A DNA stretch of 64,000 nt from NCBI GenBank assembly GCA_054600435.1, contig BAAIJX010000032.1, positions 124,001 through 188,000 on the forward strand, given 5' to 3'. The stretch comes from Neophaeotheca triangularis. Taxonomy: Eukaryota. Positions 26,631 through 36,889 of this stretch are shown here, piece after piece. Within the stretch, counting starts at the first letter, position 1. Every line of letters begins with the position of its first letter. The notes below the pieces were generated by a model. It ran no database searches. It was not told the origin of the DNA and saw only the letters and a list, made by a program, of their open reading frames with translations. Made by a program: the position numbers and the translations under genes.

Positions 26631-27258
26631 TAAATAAGGAGTTTTAGGTTTTAAGAGCTAAATATAGCTATTATACCCTAATTCAACTACAAGTCGGAGT
26701 TTGTTTACTTTAAAAATTAATGAATTTATTGAATCTTACCTAAATTCAACTAATTAACCCTATAAACCTTAATTTTACCCCTTAAATCTATAAAAAAACC
26801 GCTATATAAACTCGAATTAAAGTAATTTATTAATACTTATACGTAAATAGTGGCTAACTCGTAAAGCTATAAAATAAGGGGTAAGAAAAAAAGGAAAAAC
26901 TAATAACTAAAAAAAAACACTCGATTTAAGAGCAAATCTACGAGAAAAAAAAAAGAAAAAAAATTATTAATACTTATGCCTACATAGTAGTTGACTCGCA
27001 AAATAGACTAAACTAAACTCCTACCCTAAAAAAACTAAAATAATTAAAAAAAAAAGGACAAAAAAAAGCCTCTTAGAGCGCCTAGTCATTATAAGAAGAA
27101 AAAAACCGAGATTTTGATGCTATTTATGCGTAGATAGTAGCTAACTCGTAAACATGTTTCTTAAAAAAAAAACCGATAAAAAAACTAGTAATTATAAGCA
27201 CTAAGTCCTATAGCTCCCCCTTACGCCTACATAGGGTATAGGTACTATAAGTCTCCTA

Positions 27259-28834
27259 CTATTTACCCCTTCTTCCCGCTTCCTTTACCCTTACCCTTAC
27301 CCTTACCCCTAGACTTTCCCTACCCCTACCCCTATCCCCCCTACTAACCTCTATCTTCTTTATCGACAGGCCTAGCTCGTTTAGAGTAGCGAGGCATCTC
27401 CCCTTCCTTACTATATGACTTATCGCTAGTCTATATACTGCTAGAACCCCCGTTACTATAGGTAAGAGGGTCGAGGGGGTCTAAAGGTAGTAGACTCGAT
27501 AAGCGCGATGACTCGGAACTATCGTTACTAATACCGGTTACATCTTGCTTATCTCACGTAGTAGATTTACCGTCTACTTCCCCCTCCGGTTCCCCCTCTT
27601 GCTCCGTATCCCCTCCGTACCCTATAAATGCATTAAAGGTTAGCCTAAGGACTAGATTATAATAGAACAACTCGTTACTACCTCGCGTAGTAGCTCGCGT
27701 AGCTCGTAGGGTTAGTGTAAGGCCTATTAGGTCTATAAACTCCCTGATTATATTAGGGAGCTATATCCTCGAAGTCTATAACTACTCCTTCTTAATTAGC
27801 ATATCCCTAGCCTCGGTACTAGGTTACACATCTTCGCTATACTCGTTAGTAGCTCGGTAGTTCCGGGGTGTCGCTATTGTCTTACTCTTCGAGTTTTTAC
27901 TCTTCTTTTTTCTACTCTAACAGTCTATACGTAACTAGACGATGATTTCTACCTTATAAGGCTTGTTTTTACTAGCCTTAAAGGGGATTAGTACTTCTCA
28001 GATCGACATGCTCTCGACTACACTACTATAGTCGCGTAGACAGTTATCGTCGTTAAAACCATTAGTAAAGCGATGAGTGTAGTACCGAGTCTAGGTCGAG
28101 TTAGGGTTCCTAGTCTACTTATTACTATACCTTTTAGTTAAGAAGCCTAAAAGCGGCAAGCTAGACTCGACGAAGGCCTGCTCTATAAATCCGTCTATGA
28201 CCTCTTAGATCTTATGTAGCTCGTCGTACTTCTATAGGTCTATACTAGGCTCGTCGCTACCATAAGCAATAATAGTAACCTCTTATAACTAAAAAGTGAC
28301 CTCTATCTAGAACTTAATAGGCTTTAGAGTAGGAGGTCTAGAGCTATTACTACGCTAAGTTGCCTCCGAGTTACGTAAGCTTAAAGCTATCGAGCCCATA
28401 TAAGGCTTACCCTAGAGGTTTTATAGACGAGTACTAGTTAGAGTACGGTACTTATTAGCCCGGGATTTATAGAAGATAGTATGCGTAGGACGAGTTTAAC
28501 GGCCTAGATCGCTATTACCTCGCTCCGTGACTCCTACTACTACGTCTTTATAGCTATACTCTTAATTCGCCGGCTCCTAATAGGAGGTCTAGGAGCTACT
28601 AGTATAGTCGGAGGCGTTTGTCGAGTATATATACTAGTCTAGATAGGCGTTGTCTTAGGGTAGGCCTCGTGGGGTAGTAGTAGTAGGGGCTATTGATGTA
28701 TAGTAGACACCCCTCCTATCTAAGGGGTAGGGGTTACGGAGTACGTATACGGGACATGCGTCTAGGTAGCTATAGAGTCGCTCGTGATTCCCCTTCGAGC
28801 GCGGGCAAATCGAATTGTTAGCCTATATCGGCAT
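27259..28834 (-). pseudogene. Second RIP-degraded ORF of the transposon, unknown function
   Basis: Begins with ATG and a Cys/His-containing segment (CPRSKGNH...DACPV) and ends in a Gly/Lys tail (RGKGKGKGKGSGKKGK). Boundaries are approximate. Confidence 0.45.
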
Positions 28835-29349
28835 GTAGTTGTCTATAGTAGCTCGGTTAGTGTCTATAGTAGTAGTAGCTCGGTTAGAGATGTACGTGTA
28901 AGTAAGGTTAAGACGAAAGATAAGGTTAAAAAAGAGTAAGAAGTAAAGCTATACATATATAGAGATAACTATAAGGTAGAAGAGAGCAAAAGGAAGAAAA
29001 AGAAAGAGGGGAGCGCGACCCTATTATTTATAGTAGTTACGAATAATGCATACTAGCGGTCTAAAACTTACCCTTATATGTGTAACTATATAGGCACTAT
29101 TCACGCATAATATGTCGTAATCCAAGGTAAATAGTTATTAAAACAGCGGTACTAACCCCTATACTTCATACATAATGTTAAATCGAGTAATGGAGGCGAA
29201 TATAGCCTAGAGACACTAATAAGTAACACCCTAAGACACACAAAATCCACTATAGGCTAGGGTTAATATTCGCTATAGGAGCAAAGTACATATTACCTTA
29301 CTCTAGTAGGTTATCGTCGCCTAGGCCAGCACTACTAACAAAAGGCTCC

Positions 29350-31095
29350 CCTACTGCATTAAACACATCCCTAGCTATGTTAGTAGCTCGCTACTATACC
29401 GCTACTAGTAGTCGCGCGAGCTCACCAAGATCCGGGGCCTTACTATACTACATATAGGTGTGAATTCGCTCTTTAAGGGCTATAAAGGCGTGTTAGTGGC
29501 GTCGTAGGCCGTCTACGGCGCTCTAGTAACTATCTAAGTTACTAAATCCGAGCTCCCTTAAAGCATAAGTGCAAAATGCCTTAGTAGGCTTAGGTAGGTA
29601 GGCGTTAATGTCTAAATGTAAGGGTTAGCTGCTAGATTATGCGTGAATCGTGGCTAGATATCTCGCTCACGGAAATCAGCTAACTCATTTTATAGTAGGG
29701 TAATAAGGTCAGTAGGTATAGGGAAGCTATAGTCCCTCCTCCCTTATATCTAAGGGTACTTATATAGTAGCTCGGGGACTCCTAGCACTATGTAAGGCCT
29801 ACTTAGCTGCTTACGTATCTTATGTTTGTTCTAGAGTTTAGTAAACTCGATGAACTACTTACGAATAATAGGTATATAGATAGCTAGGAAAGCAATACGG
29901 TGTTAGATTAAGCTAGGCCTATAGATACCCCTACTTACTAGGTACTCGAAGTAGTACTTCTAGGCATTAATCGATCCTCTAGTTACCTAGCCCTACTATG
30001 TCTTAATGCGCTAGTTTTGCTTACTAGTACTATACCGGAAACAATCCTTAAAGCTTAGGGGTTTGCTATTAGGTCCTAACCTCAATTGCTCTATAATCTA
30101 GTAGTAAGCGTCTGCCGTTATAGTAGTCTTACCCCCCTTGTCGGTAGTGATAATTTCTAGAGTAACACCTATCTCTAAGACGGTCTTAAGGTATTACGCC
30201 GCAACTAATACCCCTATATAGCCGGAGATGCCTACATAGATCTACATGATTCTACGTGAATATGCGTCTATAGTACTATACACCTGAATACTATATGACT
30301 CGAGCTTATAATAGGTATCTATAGACTAGATATGATTAGGGCTAGGAATGTTAACTATACCGTAGACATGCCGCATAGTACAGTTACGGCGCTTAAAGGC
30401 CTATAGATTAATCTATTTTACGACCTTCTATAGTCGAGTCCTATAGGAGTAGTTAGTTTAGGCTAGAGTTTATAGTAAGTCCTACGTAAGGGGGGACTAT
30501 AAGGTTAACATAGTAAAGTTTAGATGAAAAGTGCCGAGTTAAGTTAAGACGATAAGGAAACCGGCTACAGCTCGAGGTGTAATAGAGTAGAACTCGCTTA
30601 CCTACCTACGAGGTTATATTTTGACTGCATTTTGGCATATAGGTTAGTTAGCCTGAGGTCCTTAATTATACCGTCCTTATACTCTTAGGTTAATGCCGTA
30701 TGTATATCTACCTCTATAGATGCCTCTTGCTATGTCCCCTTCTTAACACGCTTTATAAGGCCTATCTCTTTATAGAGCTTCATAACTATGCATCTACTTA
30801 TGTTACTAAGGCCGTCTACTAGTAAAATCTGCGCAATTTGCTCATCTATGATACGGTTTTCTACGAATATATAGGCGAGTCTCGCGCGAAGCGTAGGTGT
30901 GTTAAACATACTAGTATTGCGGCGCTTCAACTGCACCCCCTATGCTCGTAGTGACTAGCGAAGGCGCGTAGTGCTAACATAGCAATCGTGGTTGTCTCGT
31001 AATATAGTATAGATCTCGTCTTACTAGATACCGTTAGTAGAGAGCGCCTCGATTTCGGCTCTAAAAGGTTCGAGGTCGATCTTGCGGCGAGTCAT
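29350..31095 (-). pseudogene. Transposase relic: Clr5-like HTH N-terminus plus rve-type DDE core
   Basis: MTRRKIDLEPFRAEIEAL N-terminus. After reversing RIP stops, the motifs read PNHIWSID..KL...IQVY..IDAYSRRIMWIYVGIS, ITTDKGG and (G)TSKQNQRI(E)TWW, supplying the D, D and E positions. The last E reads K as written, consistent with a G-to-A RIP change. The 3' end is approximate. Confidence 0.82.
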
Positions 31096-31196
31096 GGTAT
31101 CTCTAGTTTTCCAGGAATGGCGGAGTTTATATAGCGAGGTACATACGATTGAGTTTGAGTTAGGAAAGTGAAAGATGGAAGTTCAAGCGGGGCGTT

Positions 31197-31236
31197 GGGA
31201 AAGAAATCCGTCGCTGGGTATGCTTGGGTGACCGTC
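31197..31236 (-). repeat. Right TIR
   Basis: Exact inverted copy of 25624-25663. Confidence 0.95.
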
Positions 31237-31420
31237 CTAGCGCCATCACGATAAGCATCGGAATTCCACAAATGCCATGCATTGCCATGTTCCAGGGCTG
31301 TTTTACCAGTCCTTTCCGTCAATCCCTCAGCACCCACCGGCATCTAAGATCTCCATCCAACTTTGCCTTCTGCATCCTTACAACGCCACCAAAAAATCAC
31401 GTCCTCGCCACCGCTATACC

Positions 31421-31966
31421 ATGCCAGCACAAACACGAGAACCCATTTCCCTCCAGCCGCCATCGAAACTGATGGGCCTCGCTCTGGCCGAAGCTCGCAA
31501 GTCCCCGCCCAAACCCTCAAACTTCTGCGTCGGCGCCATTCTCTTGATCCCCTCTGGCCCCTCACCAGGCGAGCCCCTGTGCATTTCCGGATACACGTTG
31601 GAAATGCCTGGCAACACGCATGCCGAGCAGAGTTGTTTCATCAAGGCTGCCAACCTCTACAATTGCCATGTGGAAGAACTGGGAAGCCATCTGCCGGGCA
31701 GGTGTGAGTTGTATACCACCATGGAGCCTTGCAACAAGCGGTCTGCGGGGAATGCGACGTGCGTGGAAAGGATCCTGGCATTAGAGAGGGAGGACGGCGT
31801 GTGCGCGATCGAGACGGTCTACATTGGCGTCAACGAGCCGGAGAAGTTCGTGGGCGAAAACGTGGGCAGACGAAGACTTCAGGATGCGGGCATACAGGTC
31901 GTGCACGTGGAAGGTTTTGAGGAAGATATACTAGACGTGGCAACTGCTGGACACACTGAATCATGA
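31421..31966 (+). CDS. Cytidine-deaminase-fold protein, Rib2-like DRAP deaminase (riboflavin pathway)
   Basis: SPPKPSNFCVGAIL, TLEMPGNTHAEQ and TMEPCNKR..GNATC zinc motifs. Confidence 0.8.
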   Translation: MPAQTREPISLQPPSKLMGLALAEARKSPPKPSNFCVGAILLIPSGPSPGEPLCISGYTLEMPGNTHAEQSCFIKAANLYNCHVEELGSHLPGRCELYTTMEPCNKRSAGNATCVERILALEREDGVCAIETVYIGVNEPEKFVGENVGRRRLQDAGIQVVHVEGFEEDILDVATAGHTES

Positions 31967-32054
31967 TCGAGATACATGATACTCGTTATCGTACACGCGA
32001 CCTTGCTCCGGACCCCCAAGAGTGCGGCCAGAGGCCTCAAAACAAGAGTGCTTT

Positions 32055-32845
32055 CTACTGGTTGCCGCGCTTGGCGTCCTCTTCGGCGTTCTTTGGCACA
32101 CCGACCATGTTCGGCACACTGACCGCGTTGAGGCGACGGAAGGCCTAAAAGGACGTGGTTAGCAGTTCGCCCGGAATGGAGAGATGGCTGACGGGATAGA
32201 AGGAGAAAGCGGAGGGCGAGAGGACGAAGGAGCTTCTGCGGCGAACCCACATTCCACACTCTGGTCTCCCACACAAAGCTCCAACACCACCACGCCCAGC
32301 TCTCACCATAGTGCCACCAACTCAAAGGGCTCAAAAGACTGACCTGCGCGATTTGTCCTTCGGGAAGCTGACCGTCCCATTTGTCCTCGACTTTGGAGAT
32401 CTTGTCGCCTTCGGTGTGGATCAAGATTTTGCTGTTGATGGTCTGCTCCTTGCCGATGCCCTTGACCACGTATCGTGTCTTGAGGTCCATTTCGATGGGG
32501 TTGCCGGAGCTCGTAACCTCGTGGTGCAAGCGCTCGATTTCCGAGAAAGCGGCTTGAAGGCCGTACCACTGCGGCTCGAACTGCTTGCGGCCCTGGGCAA
32601 TGGTCAAAGGGTCCGTGAAGGTGGCGTCATCTTTCCAGAGTTGCAATTTGGGGAGAGACGGGCGACCAGCGAAGAGGTCGAGGACGCTGCCTACGAGTGT
32701 CTTTTGGTGGTCGGAGAGCGTGACGCTGGAGCTGGTCTGGATGTTTGTGTTCTCAATCTTGAGTTCTCCTGAAGTGTAGCTTGTCAGCCTTTCAATTCGA
32801 TACTCACTCGCAGTCTGAGCACTCACCAAGGTTGTTGTTCGACAT
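32055..32845 (-). CDS. Conserved SnoaL/NTF2-like fungal protein, 3 exons
   Basis: MSNNNLG|intron|ELKIENT...VLDLFAGRPSL..LWKDDATFTDPLTIAQGR..QWYGL...KVEDKWDGQLP|intron|AFRRLNAVSVPNMVGVPKNAEEDAKRGNQ*. Confidence 0.75.
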
Positions 32846-33268
32846 GTTTGCGGTTACTGCTGAGAAGCTGCGGGCAATTGGGAATCTGAGGCCTGTCCTA
32901 GCTGTTTGGTTGATAGTTCGAGTGACGGATTGCATTAGACTTTGGAGGTTGATGAGAGGTGTTGTTTGAAGAGTGAAAGCTATCTAGGTCGTTTCGAAAA
33001 AGGAAATAAAACAGAGACAGCTGGAGGTAGTTATTATGCTTTCTGATTACGGTACCTTATTCGATCGAGTGCGAGGCAAGGTAAGGTAGTGACGGCGTCG
33101 AGGTCTCACAAAGGAGCAAGTGTGACGTACATGTCCGATCGTGGGGAAAGCTCGATGATGGATGCTGATGCTCGATCGGTCAACAATTCGACGCTGGACC
33201 ATGTGATACATCGACTCCCTCGAGATCTCCCAATATTCTCATCCATTGTGACACCCACTCGACCCTGA

Positions 33269-34981
33269 ATGCCCGGAATCAAGAGGCCGCTACCACATAC
33301 ATGCGCTCGCTGTCTTCGAGCAAGACCTCCGCTAGGCCAATCGACCAGCCCGTTCGTTCGCCCCTCATCCTCTACCACTTCGCCACCGGAATCTCGCAAA
33401 GATGACGGGTCCTCGGATATTCGCGCGGAGGCGGACAAGGGCGCCATGTCAAGGAGGCTGGCTGAGATGAGCGATGAGAGTCTGGAAAGTGGCGGCAGGA
33501 GCGCGAAGAAGGCGGTCGAGGAAGCAGGCTTCAGCGAAGATCTCAAGAGGCAGCTGGAAGAGAAACTGGCAAATGCTTCGTTTAGAAGTGAAAATGCAAG
33601 CGCTTTTGCGCAAGCAAATATGCCAGAGAGCGCTGGGAGAGGTACGAGGGACATTGCTGGGGCGCAACCGTGGACTGGTACTGAGAGTGATTACGACGCT
33701 TCGCTCCGTATGATGAACGATGCCTACAAGCCTATGAAAGTGCCCTCGAAGATACCTGGTATACGTGGACCGCCTCGCAAAGTCGATACCGGGAGGTCAA
33801 AGACGAAAGCAGGAACAGGCACTCGTTTGGCGAATGCGCGGGACCGGACGTCTTACTACAGTTTTCTGAAAGATCCCGAAATGCCGGAGTCGGATAAGGA
33901 GAAGATGCGCAAGGAAATGAAGGAACGTTTCCAGCCTGGTGCGCGTTCGGTACCTGCCACTATCCAAGGCCTGGCATCCCTCGCGAATGAACGCATCGAG
34001 GACGCTATTGCCCGAGGGCAATTTAAGAACCTGCCTCGCGGTAAGAAGATAGAACGTGACTACAACGCGAGTTCGCCCTTTTTGGATACCACCGAATACT
34101 TTATGAACAAGATTATCCAGAGGCAAGAGATTGTGCCGCCGTGGATTGAGAAGCAGCAGGAATTGGTGTCCACTTCGACCAAGTTCCGCAGTAGGCTCAG
34201 GGCAGACTGGAGACGGCACGTTGCACGGGTCATTTCAAGTAGAGGCGGGTCTCTGGAAAGCAAAATGAAGCTTGCTGATGAATATGCCTTTGCTGAGAGC
34301 ATAGAGAATCCGCCCAAGAGAAAGGTGGAGCAGCTCGCTGCCGTAACTGAAGATGGCCACATGTCTCAAATCACACTCTCGGGCGAACTAAAGCCAAACA
34401 ATGACTGGAGCACCGGTTCTGAGCGTGAAGCCATAGACGAAGGGGAGATCAAGATCGTAGAGCAAGCGCTCGGAGAGGATGGAACCGGCAAGCTGGTGGA
34501 AGGGGAGAAACAAGAAGAGGTGACTGTGTTCGCCGAGCAATCACAGGAGGGAACTCTAGCACAGGCAAGTATACAAACGGAAATGCCACAGGAGCCTGTA
34601 GAGCCTCGACGCGCGACGGTATCACCCTTTCGTGACCAGGATTGGGAAGACACAGAACGTTCCTACCACAACGCCGCGATAAAGGACCTCAATTCCCTAG
34701 CCCGGTCCTATAATCTCATGGCACCGAACCTGGCAAAGAAGCCCTATTTCTACCTCGACCGAGAGCTAAAAGCTTGCTACGCAGACGTTGCACCTCAGGT
34801 TGCCGCCGCTATCAAGGAGAAGGCTTTGGCGCCTAAGGTCAAGAGCATCGAGGTGATCAATCATAAACCCGGCGGGGTCATGGAGAAATTTGGCATGGAT
34901 CGGGCAGGCCACGTTTACGACGAGAGGAAGCCTCAGTACGGATTCAAAGAGTTTTGGCGAGACTTGTTCGCAAAGACGTAG
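33269..34981 (+). CDS. DUF1992 / DNAJC28-conserved-domain protein, probably mitochondrial
   Basis: LANERIEDAIARGQFKNLPRGK, TEYFMNKIIQRQEIVPPWIEKQ and RSYNLMAP motifs, with a presequence-like N-terminus. Confidence 0.8.
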   Translation: MPGIKRPLPHTCARCLRARPPLGQSTSPFVRPSSSTTSPPESRKDDGSSDIRAEADKGAMSRRLAEMSDESLESGGRSAKKAVEEAGFSEDLKRQLEEKLANASFRSENASAFAQANMPESAGRGTRDIAGAQPWTGTESDYDASLRMMNDAYKPMKVPSKIPGIRGPPRKVDTGRSKTKAGTGTRLANARDRTSYYSFLKDPEMPESDKEKMRKEMKERFQPGARSVPATIQGLASLANERIEDAIARGQFKNLPRGKKIERDYNASSPFLDTTEYFMNKIIQRQEIVPPWIEKQQELVSTSTKFRSRLRADWRRHVARVISSRGGSLESKMKLADEYAFAESIENPPKRKVEQLAAVTEDGHMSQITLSGELKPNNDWSTGSEREAIDEGEIKIVEQALGEDGTGKLVEGEKQEEVTVFAEQSQEGTLAQASIQTEMPQEPVEPRRATVSPFRDQDWEDTERSYHNAAIKDLNSLARSYNLMAPNLAKKPYFYLDRELKACYADVAPQVAAAIKEKALAPKVKSIEVINHKPGGVMEKFGMDRAGHVYDERKPQYGFKEFWRDLFAKT

Positions 34982-35728
34982 TTGGGGATAGTGCAAGAAT
35001 ACTCGCGGCTCTGCGAACATTGAACATTGGAACGTTAGAATGTACAGCCCTACATACGTGGACAAATATTAGGCCGCCCATCTACTAACATGGACGACTG
35101 TCGGGAGTTTGCGGAGTGTTGACACCAAGCTTGCCCACTTAACTTGATGTGTGGAAATAATAATTGTCGAAACCCCGGCTGAAAGCGGGATTTTTCCACC
35201 CCGCGCCTTGCCCCTCGTCTCAGCAAAGCAAATGGGCCATATCGCCGACTGGTAGGTACGGTAGCTAGGTAGCTAGGTAGCATTTCGACACCGCGGCAAT
35301 AATGCAAAGGCCGGGCAGGGTGCAGCGCATCGTGGACGGTAAACATCGCTTCAAGGGAACCCCCAAAGGTCAAGTAGTCCACAACGCCCCCATTCCTATT
35401 TCTTCCTTGATCGTTGTTGCCGTGTGACTACTATCCGTTTAAAGATCCATACCTCTCTGCCCGTCGCAAGATTCAAGTCGTCGCAACTACTACATCACAG
35501 CCGTAAACTCACACTCCACTTCTGATATCATATCGAGCTCACGCTGCACTGTTCAAGCGCAACGTGCAAAAAGTGGATTGATATTTAATCCATCTTTGCC
35601 TTTACCACACTCCCATACTCATTTTTAGCATCTACCAAACCCAACGACCAATTCATCCTCTGCTCGCCCTCGAAATCGCCCTGTATAGCCATCCCTCGAA
35701 CCACTAAATCCCACACACAAAACCCAAA

Positions 35729-36889
35729 ATGAGCAGCGAAGGCGGCCCAGCGGGTCAAGAGAAGATCAACACCGACATTGTAACCTTGACCCGCTTCTTG
35801 AACGAGGAGCAAGTCAAGCACAAGGAGGCATCTGGAGACTTTACGTATGTTGAGATGCGGACAAGGAGACTTGAAGCACCACGCTGACCTGGCTCCTGCG
35901 CAGCCTTCTTTGCCATGCCCTCCAGTTCTCTTTCAAGTCGATTGCCTACTACATCCGGAGAGCGTCACTGATCAACCTTTCTGGTCTTGCCGGCTCCTCG
36001 AACACAACAGGCGACGATCAAAAGAAGCTCGATGTCATTGGCAACGACCTCTTCATTGCGGCCATGAGGTCGTCCGGCCGCGTCAAGGTGCTGGTCTCTG
36101 AGGAAGAGGAGGAAATCATATCTTTCCCTGAGAGCCCCAACGCCCGCTACGCCGTTGTCTGCGACCCCATCGACGGCAGCAGCAACCTCGACGCTGGTGT
36201 CTCGGTTGGCACCATCTTCGGTGTCTTCAAGCTTCCTGAAGGCGCAAAGGGCACAAAGGAGGAGCTCCTGCTCCCCGGTACCGAGCAGGTCGCCGCTGGT
36301 TTCACCATGTACGGTGCCTCGGCACAGCTGGTCATCACCATGAAGGGCGGCAACGTACAGGGCTTCACCATGGACAACGCGCTCGGCGAGTTCATCCTCA
36401 CCCACCCCGACATGCAGATGCCCAAGTCGCACCCCATCTACAGCACCAACGAGGGCAACTCCAAGTACTGGGACGAGGCCACCAAGGAGTGGTGCGAGAG
36501 TTTGAAGCAGGCCGAAAAGCCCTACTCGGCCAGGTACATTGGTTCCATGGTTGCCGATGCTTACAGGACGCTGCTGTACGGTGGCATCTTCGCCTACCCC
36601 GCGGACAAGAAGAGTCCCAAGGGCAAGCTGAGAATCTTGTACGAGTGCGCGCCCATGGCTATGATTTTCGAGAATGGTGAGTTTGCTCTGGAAAATGTGG
36701 TTTGTACTGTGTTCTCGCAGTCCGCTAACGTCTTTTGTAGCTGGTGGTCAAGCTGTTGACAGCAAGATGAGGCGTATGATGGAGGTTGTGCCCGAGCACA
36801 TTCACGACCGCAGCGGTATCTTCTTGGGTAGCTACGACGAGGTCACCAAGGTCATTGAGATGCACAAGAAGCATGGCATTATTGCCTAG
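35729..36889 (+). CDS. fbp1: Fructose-1,6-bisphosphatase, 3 exons
   Basis: INTDIVTLTRFL, GDDQKKLDV, DPIDGSSNLD, YSARYIGSMVAD and GKLRILYECAPMA. Introns are at about 35845-35903 and 36677-36740. Confidence 0.96.

Larger units (their letters stand above)
25624..31236. mobile_element. RIP-inactivated TIR DNA transposon (~5.6 kb) with IS3/IS481-like DDE transposase relic
   Basis: Perfect 40-bp terminal inverted repeats with CTAG on both flanks (25620-25623 and 31237-31240). The interior is AT-rich with strong TpA excess and many TAG/TAA stops, which is the RIP signature. Confidence 0.93.

Noticed and set aside
26827..27152. CRISPR-like repeat-spacer appearance
   Set aside because: Eukaryotic context, degenerate repeats, ~100-bp poly-A spacers and no cas genes. 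Kept only as a transposon-internal repeat.
27284..27310. (CCCTTA)n resembling a telomeric repeat
   Set aside because: It is not the fungal CCCTAA unit and is explained as GKGKGK codons at the end of transposon ORF2.
35170..35210. CreA-like SYGGRG sites upstream of fbp1
   Set aside because: Biologically plausible, but such 6-mers are too frequent in GC-rich DNA to call without conservation data.
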